Of a stretch of 64,000 nucleotides of DNA, positions 35,001 through 44,463 are shown in pieces. Below the pieces are notes generated by a model. That model ran no database searches and had not been told where the DNA came from. It was given only the letters and a program-made list of their open reading frames with translations. Source of the stretch: a virus. A program made the position numbers and the translations under genes. Every line of letters starts with the position of its first letter. The first letter of the stretch is position 1. The DNA lies in the IMG/VR virus record IMGVR_UViG_3300046543_000386, positions 2,754-66,753 of that record. The stretch is one strand, 5' to 3'.

Positions 35001-36406
35001 AGGGTTCCACCAGGGTCGCCATTCAGCACCACCGGGCCGTAGAAGGTGGAGGTCTTGGTGGCGCCTACGAAGCCCGCGACATCGCTGCCCACGCCCGAGA
35101 TGCGGATCGAGCCAGAGGCTGGGCGATAGATCCCCGTCGTCGTGTCGCCACTGAAGGTATAACCCGGCGAGGCGAGAGTTCCGGCAACCCCGATAAGCTG
35201 GCCGAACAGCGCCACCGATTGCCCGGTGCCGTTCCACCCCATGACCGGAGAGCCGGTGACCGACATCTGAATGACGCCAGCACTGGAACGATACAGGCCC
35301 GAGTTTGATTCGGCCTGGAACCCGTAGGCAGGCGTCCCTGCGGTGCCCGCGCCGGTCTGGATCGTGGTGTTGGTCGAGTAGACGGTATTGGAAAAGGTGT
35401 GAACGAGAGAGCCGCTGATCGATATGTTGACCTGTGTCGCGGCGTTGCCATAGAGGCCGGTGTTCGCGGTGCCGAATACGAGCGAGGGCGCAGCGGCCGT
35501 GCCAGCGGCGACCGACAGCAGGCCCGGCGCGGTGAGCGTGCCGCCGGAAATCGGCAGGTATGATCCGCTGGCGGATACCGACAGCACGCCGCCGACATCG
35601 ACGCTCAGACCGCCACCCGCGATGATGCCGCCAAGAGCCGCCGCCGTTGCGGGCTTGACATAGATCTGCTGCAAGTTGCGCGACAGCCCAGAACCCAACG
35701 TGAGCGCGCCAACCGCCGTATCAATCGTCAGCACGCCCGTGTTGGAGATGGTGTTGTTGTTATTGACCGTGATGCCGGTATTGCCCTGCACCACCGACGT
35801 GAGATAGGGCGCAAGCAGCGCGGAGAACCCGGCGCCGCTGACGGTGTTGTTCGCCGTCAGCGTGGTAAAGGCGCCCTGGTTGGGCGTTACCATCCCGACC
35901 GGACCCTGCATGCCAGAGGCGTTGAACGACACCGATACCGCGTTGTTCGCGATCATCTGCACGTTGGCGGTGGCGAGGACGTTGAAGCCGAATGACGTGC
36001 CGTAAAGCGCGATATGCTTCGACAGATCGATGCCGGTTACGGTAACGGCGCCAAGCGAGAGGCCGCTATTCGCCGTCAGCGGCGCGTTCACCGCCACTGG
36101 GCCGCTGATGGTGCCGCCCGTCGCCAGCGCCAGTCGTGACGTGTCGCTAGGGTGCTGGTGATCGCCGCGCGAATAAAGCGCGGAATTGCCCGCCACGCCG
36201 ACCGCACCGCTATCCATAGTCGGATTGGTGTTGCTGGGGCTGCTGCCGACGGCACCCGCAACTGCCGCCGTGACAAATTGCGTGGTGGCGACTTGCGTGT
36301 TGTTGGTACCGGGGTTCGCCGTGTTGGCGAGCGGGATGCCCGCAAGCTGCAACACCCCTGAGGACGGGCTGAGTGTGTCGGTGGCGTTGTTGACGTTGAT
36401 GGCCAC
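32090..36406 (-). CDS. long repetitive tail fibre protein
   Basis: G/T/S/A-rich; TQVATTQFV, YSRGDHQHPSDTSR, EAATKQYVD fibre motifs; start placed at GTG 36406 (GGAGG RBS, TAGTG overlap). Confidence 0.78.
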   Translation of the reverse strand: MAINVNNATDTLSPSSGVLQLAGIPLANTANPGTNNTQVATTQFVTAAVAGAVGSSPSNTNPTMDSGAVGVAGNSALYSRGDHQHPSDTSRLALATGGTISGPVAVNAPLTANSGLSLGAVTVTGIDLSKHIALYGTSFGFNVLATANVQMIANNAVSVSFNASGMQGPVGMVTPNQGAFTTLTANNTVSGAGFSALLAPYLTSVVQGNTGITVNNNNTISNTGVLTIDTAVGALTLGSGLSRNLQQIYVKPATAAALGGIIAGGGLSVDVGGVLSVSASGSYLPISGGTLTAPGLLSVAAGTAAAPSLVFGTANTGLYGNAATQVNISISGSLVHTFSNTVYSTNTTIQTGAGTAGTPAYGFQAESNSGLYRSSAGVIQMSVTGSPVMGWNGTGQSVALFGQLIGVAGTLASPGYTFSGDTTTGIYRPASGSIRISGVGSDVAGFVGATKTSTFYGPVVLNGDPGGTLEAATKQYVDGKTPTLVQSTGITITNGNTIAVKPATAVALGGIIAGNGVTVDVSGNLTSSTGTVQSITTNNGITGGPITATGTVGLTPIAASSLFGNPAISTAPPSAITVGTGLALATNGTLTATGTAPVQGTGILITGGNTINNAGVLSLDTATGALTLGAGLSRNLQQIYVKPASSLALGGIIGGSGTTIDANGTLSVTATGVGTVTTITAGGVLSGGSISTAGTIGLAVGTGLTSAVNGTISIAPATSLVLGGVIAGNGIGINAGGTITASGTGTVTSVAQTFTGGLITVGGSPITGAGVLALTVAGTSGGVPYFSSASAWASSTALTTNALMLGGAAGPKTTAGFATDGASSLTIGGSTSATGTLALAGGVSGSVIVKPQASAPGSYNFNLPIAAGNVGQVLTSQGGGTTAMTWSDVPTNAVTTITAGGVLSGGVITNTGTVGLLAGTGLTSPANGTLALAAATSSVLGGVIVSTGLAVNAGGTITATGTGTVSSVSFTGGIVTVATPTSTPALTVAGNSGGVPFFNSTTQWQSSLALGSNAIVLGGGPGAAPKTTTGIVTDAISTVTLGGTTTATGALNLKGVTSGTVTVQPASAAGTYNFTLPITPGTAGQALTSQAGAAAMTWADVPQGTVRSVTAGGVLAGGVITDTGTISLNVTSGITNNSGTLSNSGVLSVDTAVGALTLGAGLTRNLQQIYVKPATSLALGGVIAGGGITIDGSGVISTSGTTGSGMAGPIYVGVGLTADTGTSITSTGTLSLAKATSSTLGGVIAGSGIAIDPSGVISASGGPGSSLVIQDTAPTPTNGGTWWSSAEGQLYVGYNDGTSTQWVIANSLVQPAIAYANLPQALQSVPVSFFLAGKPASSAKYNVAMPWALTVPAGLAGSVIYTSTPTGGTPSFILNKITGGTTISAVGTISVSANSNTGCILTGSGGSIGIGDVLQIQAPVTQDGTLADLSITILGQRV
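32800..35760 (-). repeat. intragenic repeats in the long fibre gene
   Basis: GVL(S/T).DTA.GALTLG.GL.RNLQQIYVKPA three times (about 32.9, 34.5 and 35.7 kb); multiple AT...LGG.I.G.G units; boundaries approximate. Confidence 0.75.
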
Positions 36407-38409
36407 TAGAGCACCTCCACCGCTGTCACCCGCGCCACCCAATGGCACGCGTTTGCCGTGACCGGTACCACCGAGAGGTTCAAGCCGCCATTGGCAGTGT
36501 CAGCCGTCAGGAACGGCCCGGCCTGTGCCGACCAGTTGGTGTCCAGCGCCACCACGGTCGTCGCAGGCGTCCCCACCACGGTCGTCGTCGCCGCACCCGC
36601 GCCACGCTTGATCGCCCCGTCAAGCCGCCACACCCCCATATCGCCGGTCGAGGTGTTCCGTCCAATCACGTCGATCCGCAGCGCCAGCGCGCTGTTGTCG
36701 ATGAGGTTCAGGATATTCGTCACCGACGCGGCGGTGTTGTCCGCCGTGAGCCGTGCGGAGCTTGTCGATGCCGTGCTGGCGCGCAGCAATAAGCTGATCT
36801 GCTGCGCGTCGCCATTGAGCGAGAATGCGCCAGAAGAATGTGTCAAGCTGCCGTAACGCGCTCGCGCGTCACTGTTCCGCCCCATGACCGTGCTGTAGGC
36901 GCCATTGGCGCCATTGCTGGTGCCCCCTAGTGCCGCGCCATTTAGCCCGCTCGCGGTGTTGCTAGATCCGCCAATAATGGTGGAAAACTGCCCCGACGCG
37001 ACCTGTGTCGCCGCCCCTCGGATAATCTGCAAATCGACCGACTGCGTGCCGCGCACATTGCCGCCTGTGGCCGTGCTATCCGGCAGCGGCCCAGTGATCA
37101 GCGCCCCGTTTCCTTTCGGCGTCAGGATCACGCTGATATGGCTATCGAACCCGCTCGCCTGGAACCCCACGGACGCCTGCGGGGCAACGGCGCCGGTCAC
37201 CGCCACGTAATCGCTGCTGCCCGCAATCGGGGGCGCGTAGAGCGACAGATTGGTGCTCGGCCCGCCGCCCGGCCCGCCACCGGTCATCACCGCGTTCAAT
37301 GCCAGTTGCGTCGAAGACGCCCAGCCATTGGTGGCGCTGAAATACGGCACCCCGCCCGACGTGCCCGTCACCTGCAAGGTGGGCGTCGTGGTCGGAGTGG
37401 CTACCGACACAATGCCGCCGACGAAGCTGACATTGGTGACGCTGCCCATGCCCACGGTGGCGATGGTGTTGTTGGGCCACGTGCCGGTGATGGAAATGCC
37501 CGCGCCCTGCGTCATGCCGGGCGTGGCGGTGCCGGTGCCCCCGCTGGCGGTGGCCACGATGCCGCCCAGGGTCATCGTGCCCCCGGCGCCCGAAACCGGG
37601 CTTCCCGCCACCGTCAGCCCCGTGGTGCCCCCTGACAGGCCGACGTTCAGCAGCGTGCCAGTGCCCGTAGCCGCCGCCCAGGTGACGCTGGTGCCCGTCG
37701 ATTGCAGCACCCGGCCGCTGGGGCCGATAGGCACCACCGTGGCGGCATTTACCCCGGAGCCAACAATCATGTCACCCGCAGCGGTGATCGGGGACAGCGC
37801 GTTGAACGCGGCGGCCTTGGTGGTCTGCCCGGTGCCGCCGCTGGCGATGGCCAGCGTGCCACCCATGGTGATGACGCCCGTCGTGGTGACCGGGCCGCCC
37901 GTCGTGGTCAGACCCGTGGTACCGCCCGACACATCGACGCTGTTTGTCGTGCCGTGCGGGTAGCTGGAGACGAACGCCGTGGTCGCTAGCCGGGTCGAAC
38001 TGTCCCCTGGCGGCGGGGTCGGCGCGGTCGGCAGGTTCTGGAAATTGGGCGAATCGATGGGCGCCGCCCCCAGCATCGTCATCACGTCCGACCGGATCAG
38101 ATCCTGCGGCGGCAAGGTCAGGACGCTGTTGTTGCCCTTGAGCGTCATGCCCGTCATGGGCGCCAGCAGGGAGTTATCCACCCCGCCGGTCGCGATGGTG
38201 ATGGTGCCGGTGTTGGTGATCGGGTTTGGCGATGACGCCAGTGGTGGCGCCAGCGCGATGCTGGTGAGCGTGCCCGCGTAAGGCAGCGCCAGATTGCCAA
38301 GCTGCTGCGCACTCACGCGCATGCTGGTGCCGCTCTGCACCAGTTCCAGTTGCTCGGAACCGGTAAGGGCGATGGCTACCGGCAGCAGGGGAATAGTGAC
38401 ATCGGCCAC
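36406..38409 (-). CDS. tail fibre protein
   Basis: PTAPTP.PGDSSTRLATTAFV, LAIASGGTGQTT fibre motifs; GGGAG RBS. Confidence 0.75.
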   Translation of the reverse strand: MADVTIPLLPVAIALTGSEQLELVQSGTSMRVSAQQLGNLALPYAGTLTSIALAPPLASSPNPITNTGTITIATGGVDNSLLAPMTGMTLKGNNSVLTLPPQDLIRSDVMTMLGAAPIDSPNFQNLPTAPTPPPGDSSTRLATTAFVSSYPHGTTNSVDVSGGTTGLTTTGGPVTTTGVITMGGTLAIASGGTGQTTKAAAFNALSPITAAGDMIVGSGVNAATVVPIGPSGRVLQSTGTSVTWAAATGTGTLLNVGLSGGTTGLTVAGSPVSGAGGTMTLGGIVATASGGTGTATPGMTQGAGISITGTWPNNTIATVGMGSVTNVSFVGGIVSVATPTTTPTLQVTGTSGGVPYFSATNGWASSTQLALNAVMTGGGPGGGPSTNLSLYAPPIAGSSDYVAVTGAVAPQASVGFQASGFDSHISVILTPKGNGALITGPLPDSTATGGNVRGTQSVDLQIIRGAATQVASGQFSTIIGGSSNTASGLNGAALGGTSNGANGAYSTVMGRNSDARARYGSLTHSSGAFSLNGDAQQISLLLRASTASTSSARLTADNTAASVTNILNLIDNSALALRIDVIGRNTSTGDMGVWRLDGAIKRGAGAATTTVVGTPATTVVALDTNWSAQAGPFLTADTANGGLNLSVVPVTANACHWVARVTAVEVL

Positions 38410-38427
38410 CGCGTGGTGCTCCCTTTC

Positions 38428-39180
38428 CTACCGCACACGCCGTGCGCTGATATAACCCTTCACCGTCGCATTGGCCGACCCCACCGCCGCCACCAGATAC
38501 AACGTGACCGCAGCGGTGGAATTGCTGCGGCATTGGCCGGTGATCAGCACCTGCCGCTGCCCGGCGGCAAGCGGCGAGAAGATCAGGTTCATCACCCCCG
38601 TGCCGATGATCAGGTCGTTCTGCGTCGGCAAGGCATCAGGGGTGACGGAAAGGCTCGATGCCAACTGGTTTGGCATCACCGGCACCACCAGGGGGTCAGC
38701 GCCTATGGCGGCGATGGTGAAATCGCACGCGCCCCAGATCTCCCAGCACCCCACCGGCAAAACTATCGAACAAACCGTTTTTGGGATGTTCGCGGTCGGC
38801 ACGACGCCAGCAATGTTATTGACGGAATGATATTCGCCAACGGCACCCGGCTTGGCGTCGCTGCCGTCCGTGATCCCTGGGCCACTCTCCAGAACCCCGA
38901 CCCTGGTGATAAGATCGTGGACGCTCTGCTCGATCATGAAGCCATCCCAGGACAGATCCAGCAGCGCCCCGGCCGCCCATGGGTTCGCCCCGGTGTTTTG
39001 CACGATGACTTTATGAAAGGAGAAATCAATGCTGTATTTGGCTTCAGTCTGAATAAACCCGCCGATCTTCAGAATCTTCGTCTCAGGTACAACGTCTCCC
39101 GGCCGCAGCATCGGCACAATAATATCCACGGACCCCTCTGTCGGAACGGCCTGAGCCAAAATCGTTTGAAATGACGGCAT
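38428..39180 (-). CDS. tail-associated hypothetical protein
   Basis: GITDGSDAKPGAVGEY...LPVGCWEIWG...GYISARRVR resembles fibre-tip domains. Confidence 0.62.
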   Translation of the reverse strand: MPSFQTILAQAVPTEGSVDIIVPMLRPGDVVPETKILKIGGFIQTEAKYSIDFSFHKVIVQNTGANPWAAGALLDLSWDGFMIEQSVHDLITRVGVLESGPGITDGSDAKPGAVGEYHSVNNIAGVVPTANIPKTVCSIVLPVGCWEIWGACDFTIAAIGADPLVVPVMPNQLASSLSVTPDALPTQNDLIIGTGVMNLIFSPLAAGQRQVLITGQCRSNSTAAVTLYLVAAVGSANATVKGYISARRVR

Positions 39181-39189
39181 ATAAGGGTC

Positions 39190-40218
39190 CTACGCGGTTG
39201 TGCTGTCGGTGATCAGGCCGAACGTCACCAGTGCTGCGAGCAGCGAAGCCAGCGCCGCATTGCCGCCGCGCGATCCGGACACCGCGATCTTGGCGCTCGC
39301 CGTCGCCCCGTTAAACCCGACCTTGCCGCCGACAGTCAGCGTACTTGCAGCGCCAGCCACAACGGCATTGCCGTTCATCGTCAGCAGCCCCACCGTGTTG
39401 GTGGTGCCGTTTACGGTCAAGGCCCCCAGGGTGGTGGTGCCCAGGGTGGTGGTGCCCGTGAACCCTGCGTTGCCCGTCACGGACAGTGGCCCCGCCACGT
39501 TCAGGGTTCCGCCCGAAGTGATGGTGGTCACGCCCGACAGCGTCACCGGCCCGGCGGCGGTCAAGGTGCCGCCCGCAGATACCGCCAGGGTGCTGCCTGA
39601 GGGATGGGTGGTAGTGCCAAACAGCGTCACCGCTCCCGTGGCACTTACCGATCCCGTCGTGGCCACGGGACCCGCGAAGGTCGATACCGTCGTGGACGAC
39701 GTGTTGAGCGTGCCGGTGAAGGTCGATGGCCCAGAGAGGGTGGTGACGCCCGTGATCGACGTCGATCCGGTCGAGGTGACGGGACCCGACAACACCGTCG
39801 TGCCCGAATTGGTGATGGTGTTGGAGGCGTTCATCACCCCCGTCACCGTGGTATTGCCCGACAGCGTCAGCGCCCCGGTGAAATTGGTCGCGCCCGACAC
39901 GATGCCGCCGGTCAATGGCAGGAACGGCCCGCCCAGCACGGTGACCGTCTGCGGGATGGTCAGATCCTGCGGCTGGCCGGTGGCGGCGCTGAGGTTGCCC
40001 TTCAGCGTCAGCCCCGGCATCGGCGCGAGATAGGTGTTGTCGATGCTGGCGGGCGCCAGACTGATGATACCGCCGCTATAGATCGGGTTGGGGTCGCCAA
40101 CCAGCGGCGGCATCAGAACAATCTGAATGCCCAGGCTGTAGGTTCCGATCCCCGTTTTGGGCACTTGCTGCATGCCGCGCGGCAATCCAACCGATGTGGT
40201 GGTGACCTCTGAACTCAT
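39190..40218 (-). CDS. T/G-rich fibre/needle-like virion protein
   Basis: Short beta repeats; C-terminus VSGSRGGNAALASLLAALVTFGLITDSTTA. Confidence 0.68.
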   Translation of the reverse strand: MSSEVTTTSVGLPRGMQQVPKTGIGTYSLGIQIVLMPPLVGDPNPIYSGGIISLAPASIDNTYLAPMPGLTLKGNLSAATGQPQDLTIPQTVTVLGGPFLPLTGGIVSGATNFTGALTLSGNTTVTGVMNASNTITNSGTTVLSGPVTSTGSTSITGVTTLSGPSTFTGTLNTSSTTVSTFAGPVATTGSVSATGAVTLFGTTTHPSGSTLAVSAGGTLTAAGPVTLSGVTTITSGGTLNVAGPLSVTGNAGFTGTTTLGTTTLGALTVNGTTNTVGLLTMNGNAVVAGAASTLTVGGKVGFNGATASAKIAVSGSRGGNAALASLLAALVTFGLITDSTTA

Positions 40219-40877
40219 AGCAGGGACCCCGCCGGTCGCGTGGTGTTGGTCATGTAGGTGAAGGCCGTCGCTGTCGTCACGAGGATGGAATAGAACCCGC
40301 AGGCTTCGTTGTCGGCCAGCCCCTCAAGCGAAACCTGATCGTTGTCGTTCAAGCCGTGCGGTTCATAACAGGTCACGGTGATGGTCGCGGTGCCAATCGA
40401 CGTGATCGACAGCACCGGCAGCTTCCGGCCGCGCACCGTGACGCCCGGCGGCCCGCCGGGCATGATCGCCCACGGCTCCAAGCCATCGCTGGAAATGCGC
40501 CCGGCGGCCGGGTTAATCGGCACCCCGGCCGGGCCGGTGGGCTGGGTGATGCGAATCTGGCCGTCCAATGTCGCGCGGCGGCCCTTGTCCTCGGTGGCGC
40601 GAACGCCGCGCTCGGCCTCGTCCCACTGGTTCACGCGGGCATTCATGATCGGCACCGGATCGGCGGGCAGGATGATGGTGCGAAGCTGGTTCTGCGGCAC
40701 GTCCTCGCAGCGGCGGCACACCAGAATGCGCACATCCATCAGCGAGGCGCCGCGCCATTCGTGCTGGAATTTCAGCGTGTGATGGGTCCAAATGAAGCCG
40801 CAACGGTCACAAACGCCCGCCGCCTGGGGGTGCTTGGCCGAAATCCGCGCCCGTCCAAGACGACTTGCCCAGGCCAT
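40215..40877 (-). CDS. virion-module protein with CxxC...CxxC zinc motif
   Basis: AAGVCDRCGF...ILVCRRCEDVPQNQL...DPVPI. Confidence 0.65.
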   Translation of the reverse strand: MAWASRLGRARISAKHPQAAGVCDRCGFIWTHHTLKFQHEWRGASLMDVRILVCRRCEDVPQNQLRTIILPADPVPIMNARVNQWDEAERGVRATEDKGRRATLDGQIRITQPTGPAGVPINPAAGRISSDGLEPWAIMPGGPPGVTVRGRKLPVLSITSIGTATITVTCYEPHGLNDNDQVSLEGLADNEACGFYSILVTTATAFTYMTNTTRPAGSLL

Positions 40878-40886
40878 TGAACCCCC

Positions 40887-41567
40887 TCAGTTGCGGAAAT
40901 ACCCGGCAATCATAGGGGATATGTATTGCTGCGCGAGTTCCACATTGGTCGCGGCGGCCTTGTTGTAGGCTTCCGTCGCCAGGGGCGCCAGCAACTGCAC
41001 CTTCTCGGGCGCCCAGATCACCGCCAATTGGCCCGCCAGCCCGGTGACGAAGGCCGGATACCAGATCTGCGGGATTTGCGGCGACGCGCCGTCGGTCATG
41101 GTGGCGGTTTCGTTCTGCACCAGCCGGTAGAAGCTGAAGGTGCCCTCGATGCCATCGGGCACCGGCCACAGCGTCACCGTCGGCACAAGCTGCCGGTTGT
41201 GCCAGAACACCGTCGGCGCGCCCTGCTGCTCCTTGTTGGCATAGGCGGAATATTCGGAACGGCTGATCGGCAGCATCACCCGGTCGATGGCGTGCGCATC
41301 CGATCCGATGGTGTAGTAGGCATCGAGGATGGTGACGGTATCGGGGTCCACGTCGTAGGTGCTCTGCCCCTGCGTCAGCGGGATGGTGGCGAGATCCACC
41401 CGCCACAAATTCACCCCGTCATTGGCCCAGTGCAGCAGCATCAGGTTTGCCGCCATCCTGGCGCTCTCGAAATGCTCCTGCACGAGCGATGTCGGGCGCA
41501 GCCCGACAAGCTGGAACGCGTGCAGGATCAGGCTGCCAAATGATGCCTGGAACGAGGTGCCTGACAT
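40887..41567 (-). CDS. head-tail connector (tail tubular A-like) protein
   Basis: WANDGVNLW...ISRSEYSAYANK...GAPT...LWPVPD...W.PAFVTGLA; position after the capsid genes. Confidence 0.7.
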   Translation of the reverse strand: MSGTSFQASFGSLILHAFQLVGLRPTSLVQEHFESARMAANLMLLHWANDGVNLWRVDLATIPLTQGQSTYDVDPDTVTILDAYYTIGSDAHAIDRVMLPISRSEYSAYANKEQQGAPTVFWHNRQLVPTVTLWPVPDGIEGTFSFYRLVQNETATMTDGASPQIPQIWYPAFVTGLAGQLAVIWAPEKVQLLAPLATEAYNKAAATNVELAQQYISPMIAGYFRN

Positions 41568-41576
41568 TTCACGTGG

Positions 41577-41879
41577 TTACACGCTGCGCCCGGTGGCGGG
41601 GGTGCCACTTTGCGCCGACGTGAACGGGTTGGCGTCGCACCCCCCGCCTTTGGCGCGCGGGGTTTTCCCGGCGTGGCGCATGGCGGCGGCACCCCGGATC
41701 GGGCCGACGCGCTTGGTGTCGGGGATGGCGCCGCCGGTCCTGCCGCCGTATTTGCGCCCGGCCCGGCCGCCGCTCTTCTTCTCGTCCGCCGCGTCCATCA
41801 CCTTGCTTTCGGCCGTGTAGCGCATGTTCTTGCGCTCCACGTCCTGCTTGGCCTCATCGACGCCTTTTGTCGGGGGCAT
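41577..41879 (-). CDS. small basic virion protein with xxGG repeats
   Basis: MPPTKG...KKSGGRAGRKYGGRTGG...RAKGGG; AAGGA RBS. Confidence 0.65.
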   Translation of the reverse strand: MPPTKGVDEAKQDVERKNMRYTAESKVMDAADEKKSGGRAGRKYGGRTGGAIPDTKRVGPIRGAAAMRHAGKTPRAKGGGCDANPFTSAQSGTPATGRSV

Positions 41880-41893
41880 GGCAGGGTTCCTTT

Positions 41894-42808
41894 TCAGGCT
41901 TGGGGGACGCCGAACAGGCCGGAACCCGGCAGCAGCGCGTTGGTCACCAGCGGGCTTTGCCAGAGGATCAGCCGCTTGACGCCATCCGACGTTGCCAGCG
42001 GCCATGTGCCGCGCACATCGCCAGAGATGCCGGTGGCCGGGTTGGTGATATCCCCGGCGAAATAGCCGGTGGTCGAGGTGATCTGCGTCCCGGCCCAGGC
42101 GATGGCGATGTCGGCGGGCATGGTGGTGCCGTAGAAGGTGCTGGAATAGAGCGGGAAGCCGACCACGTCGCCGGTGCCCACGTTGACGGTGGCGCCGAAG
42201 ACGGTGCCTGACACCGGGGTGACAGAGGCGATGTATTTGAACGCTTTCTTGCCGCTGACCGTGGTGGCGCCTGACGCCTGGAACAGTTCCGACATCGGGT
42301 AGCCGTAGAGGTCGAAGCCCTGCACCCGGTAGATATAGTTGTCGCCCGCCGCCGTGGTGAGCCGCACGTTGCGCGCGATGGATTTCACCGGGTCCCAAAG
42401 CTGCACCGTGCCCGACGTGCCGTAGGAGATGCGGCCCGCCACGCCATCGATGGCCAGCACCGGCCTGACGGCGCGGCCGTTGGCGGCGTTGGTGACGGTG
42501 ACGTTGCCGGTGACCCCGGCGCCTGCGGTCAGCGTGATCGGCGTGCCAACTATCATGCCGGTAGCGGCGATGACGATGTTGTTGGTGGCCATGACCGCAG
42601 GCACGGCGTTGAGCGTCATGATGTTGTTGACGCCCGCGAAGCCGACGGTGGCCTGTCCGGCCCCCTGGCCCGGCATGTAGCCGTAGGCGGGGCGGGTATC
42701 GGCAATGCCGACGCCGCCCGCGAACAGCGATGGCGCCACGTCAGGGTTCGACCCCGTGGGGTCCTGCCCGAAGACGATCATCGGGCCTGATAGGGCAGTG
42801 ATGGCCAT
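41894..42808 (-). CDS. capsid-associated/decoration-like protein
   Basis: Directly after the MCP; VQGFDLYGYPMSE...GKKAFKYIASV. Confidence 0.6.
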   Translation of the reverse strand: MAITALSGPMIVFGQDPTGSNPDVAPSLFAGGVGIADTRPAYGYMPGQGAGQATVGFAGVNNIMTLNAVPAVMATNNIVIAATGMIVGTPITLTAGAGVTGNVTVTNAANGRAVRPVLAIDGVAGRISYGTSGTVQLWDPVKSIARNVRLTTAAGDNYIYRVQGFDLYGYPMSELFQASGATTVSGKKAFKYIASVTPVSGTVFGATVNVGTGDVVGFPLYSSTFYGTTMPADIAIAWAGTQITSTTGYFAGDITNPATGISGDVRGTWPLATSDGVKRLILWQSPLVTNALLPGSGLFGVPQA

Positions 42809-42821
42809 GGTTCAGACCCTC

Positions 42822-43736
42822 TTAGGACGTGGGGAAGTTTCCGTAGATCGAGCGCCAATTGTAGTAGCTGAAGCTGTAGCGCTCATAGCCCTTAACTAGG
42901 AGGTTATCTGTAACGAAATCGACCTGCATATCTGTTTCGAACTTGACACGTTCCATATACGAAAGGCCATCGATATTCGTCAAAAGGAACCATGCGAACT
43001 GCGAGGTCAGGAAATCGTTGACCATGTAACCTTCCGGAAGGCCACCGGCCGTGGACATAATCGCATTTATGTCGTTGTCTGCCGTGCCGGGTCGCAATTC
43101 GGTCTGCGTCAGGCGAATTGCCACCGCTTCAAGCTGCGGAGGGACCACCAGCTTGCGGGCGCGGGCAAATACCTTCAGGCCCGCCTGATCGCGGAAATTG
43201 GTGCGCACCTCGACCATCGAGGTGAGCAGCGAGGCTTCGTTGAGGTCGCTCTGCACTGAGGGCGTGTTGCCCACCGTATTGCCATCGATGGGATGCAGCA
43301 GGCTGCATAGCGCCACACCGTCGCCGCCGACCGATGAGTTGTAGGTCTGCGCCGAGTTCAGCACGTTCGCCCCATAGATCTCCTTGGTCTGCTGGAAGCT
43401 TTCGATCATCCCAAGGTTCGATGGGTGGAACTGCGTCTTGTAGAGGTTGTCGTCCACCGCCTTGCGGGTGATCGCATAGCCCAGGCCGATCTCGGTGTGC
43501 TCTTGGTTATAGACGTAGCGCTCACCAGCACCATTGTCGAACTGGGTCTGACCACCCTCGGTCTTCAATTGCGCGAGGCCCAGGAAACGCAACTCGGCAG
43601 TACGTTCCAGCGCCATTTTCGAATCGTGCTTGGTGAAGATCTTGTCGTATTGCGAGGGGATCATCTCATACTTACCCTCGATGCCCCGCAAGCCCGGCAG
43701 CAGAAGGTCCTTGATCGCAGAAAGATTGACGGCCAT
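42822..43736 (-). CDS. major capsid protein (HK97-fold, Mu gpT-like)
   Basis: LLPGL...KTEGG...LGYAIT...DGVALCS..HP...DLNEASL...KLVVPPQL...GTADNDIN...NDFLT...AWFLLT...ERYSF; AAGGAG RBS. Confidence 0.85.
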   Translation of the reverse strand: MAVNLSAIKDLLLPGLRGIEGKYEMIPSQYDKIFTKHDSKMALERTAELRFLGLAQLKTEGGQTQFDNGAGERYVYNQEHTEIGLGYAITRKAVDDNLYKTQFHPSNLGMIESFQQTKEIYGANVLNSAQTYNSSVGGDGVALCSLLHPIDGNTVGNTPSVQSDLNEASLLTSMVEVRTNFRDQAGLKVFARARKLVVPPQLEAVAIRLTQTELRPGTADNDINAIMSTAGGLPEGYMVNDFLTSQFAWFLLTNIDGLSYMERVKFETDMQVDFVTDNLLVKGYERYSFSYYNWRSIYGNFPTS

Positions 43737-43758
43737 TTGCCTAGCTCCTTATGCGGGA

Positions 43759-44463
43759 TCAGATGCCCGTCACGCCCTGTTTGGTGATCGTGTTGTTCGT
43801 GGTGACGATGATCCGGTTATACGGAGAGGTGGCGTCGTAGCCGTTCACCGATGTCCAGAGATTCGGACCCTCCACGCTGTTATTGGCGATGGCCACGATG
43901 CGCAGCGGCAGCCCCGGCGTGACCGCGATGGTGTTCTGATCCGCGAACGCCGTCGAAATGCCGCTGTAGATGTTGCCGTTGTTATTGCCCAGCGTGTTGG
44001 TATTGCCGCCCGACCCGGTCAGATAGCCGATGCCGACATTCATCCCCACGCTCACCTGCGCCACCGGGGTGGTGGTGGTGCCCAGCCCGTTCACCGTCTG
44101 CACCTGATACTGCGCCAGCGGGTCGGTGACCACGTAAGCGACCACGCCGCTATTCTGGTTCACGTCGCCCGTGCCGGGGAAATAGTTCGACCACACCGTG
44201 CGCTTCTGCGACACCGAGAGGAATTTGCAGCCCGCGAACATGCCGACGAAATTGCCCGATCCGGCGGCGGGCGCGCCTGCGGTGCCCTGGGTGCCAAGCT
44301 GGCAGATATAGCCGGTCGCAAGCTGCGCCACCGGATCGCCCGCGAAGATCTGCGCATTGGTGCCAGTGGCCGGGTTGATCGCCAGTTGCACCTGCTCAAA
44401 GGTCGGAGACGCGCCGGTCCCCGTCACCTGGGCGAACCCGAAAGGTGCGTTGATATTCGGCAT
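43759..44463 (-). CDS. minor capsid/cement-like protein
   Basis: MPNINAPFGF...IFAGDPV...GMFAGC..., directly upstream of the MCP; GAGGAG RBS. Confidence 0.65.
   Translation of the reverse strand: MPNINAPFGFAQVTGTGASPTFEQVQLAINPATGTNAQIFAGDPVAQLATGYICQLGTQGTAGAPAAGSGNFVGMFAGCKFLSVSQKRTVWSNYFPGTGDVNQNSGVVAYVVTDPLAQYQVQTVNGLGTTTTPVAQVSVGMNVGIGYLTGSGGNTNTLGNNNGNIYSGISTAFADQNTIAVTPGLPLRIVAIANNSVEGPNLWTSVNGYDATSPYNRIIVTTNNTITKQGVTGI

Noticed and set aside
32800-35760. Fibre repeats as a possible CRISPR array or DGR template/variable pair
   Set aside because: Repeats are in-frame protein modules; no regular spacers, no obvious adenine-specific variation, and no reverse transcriptase or cas gene in the window
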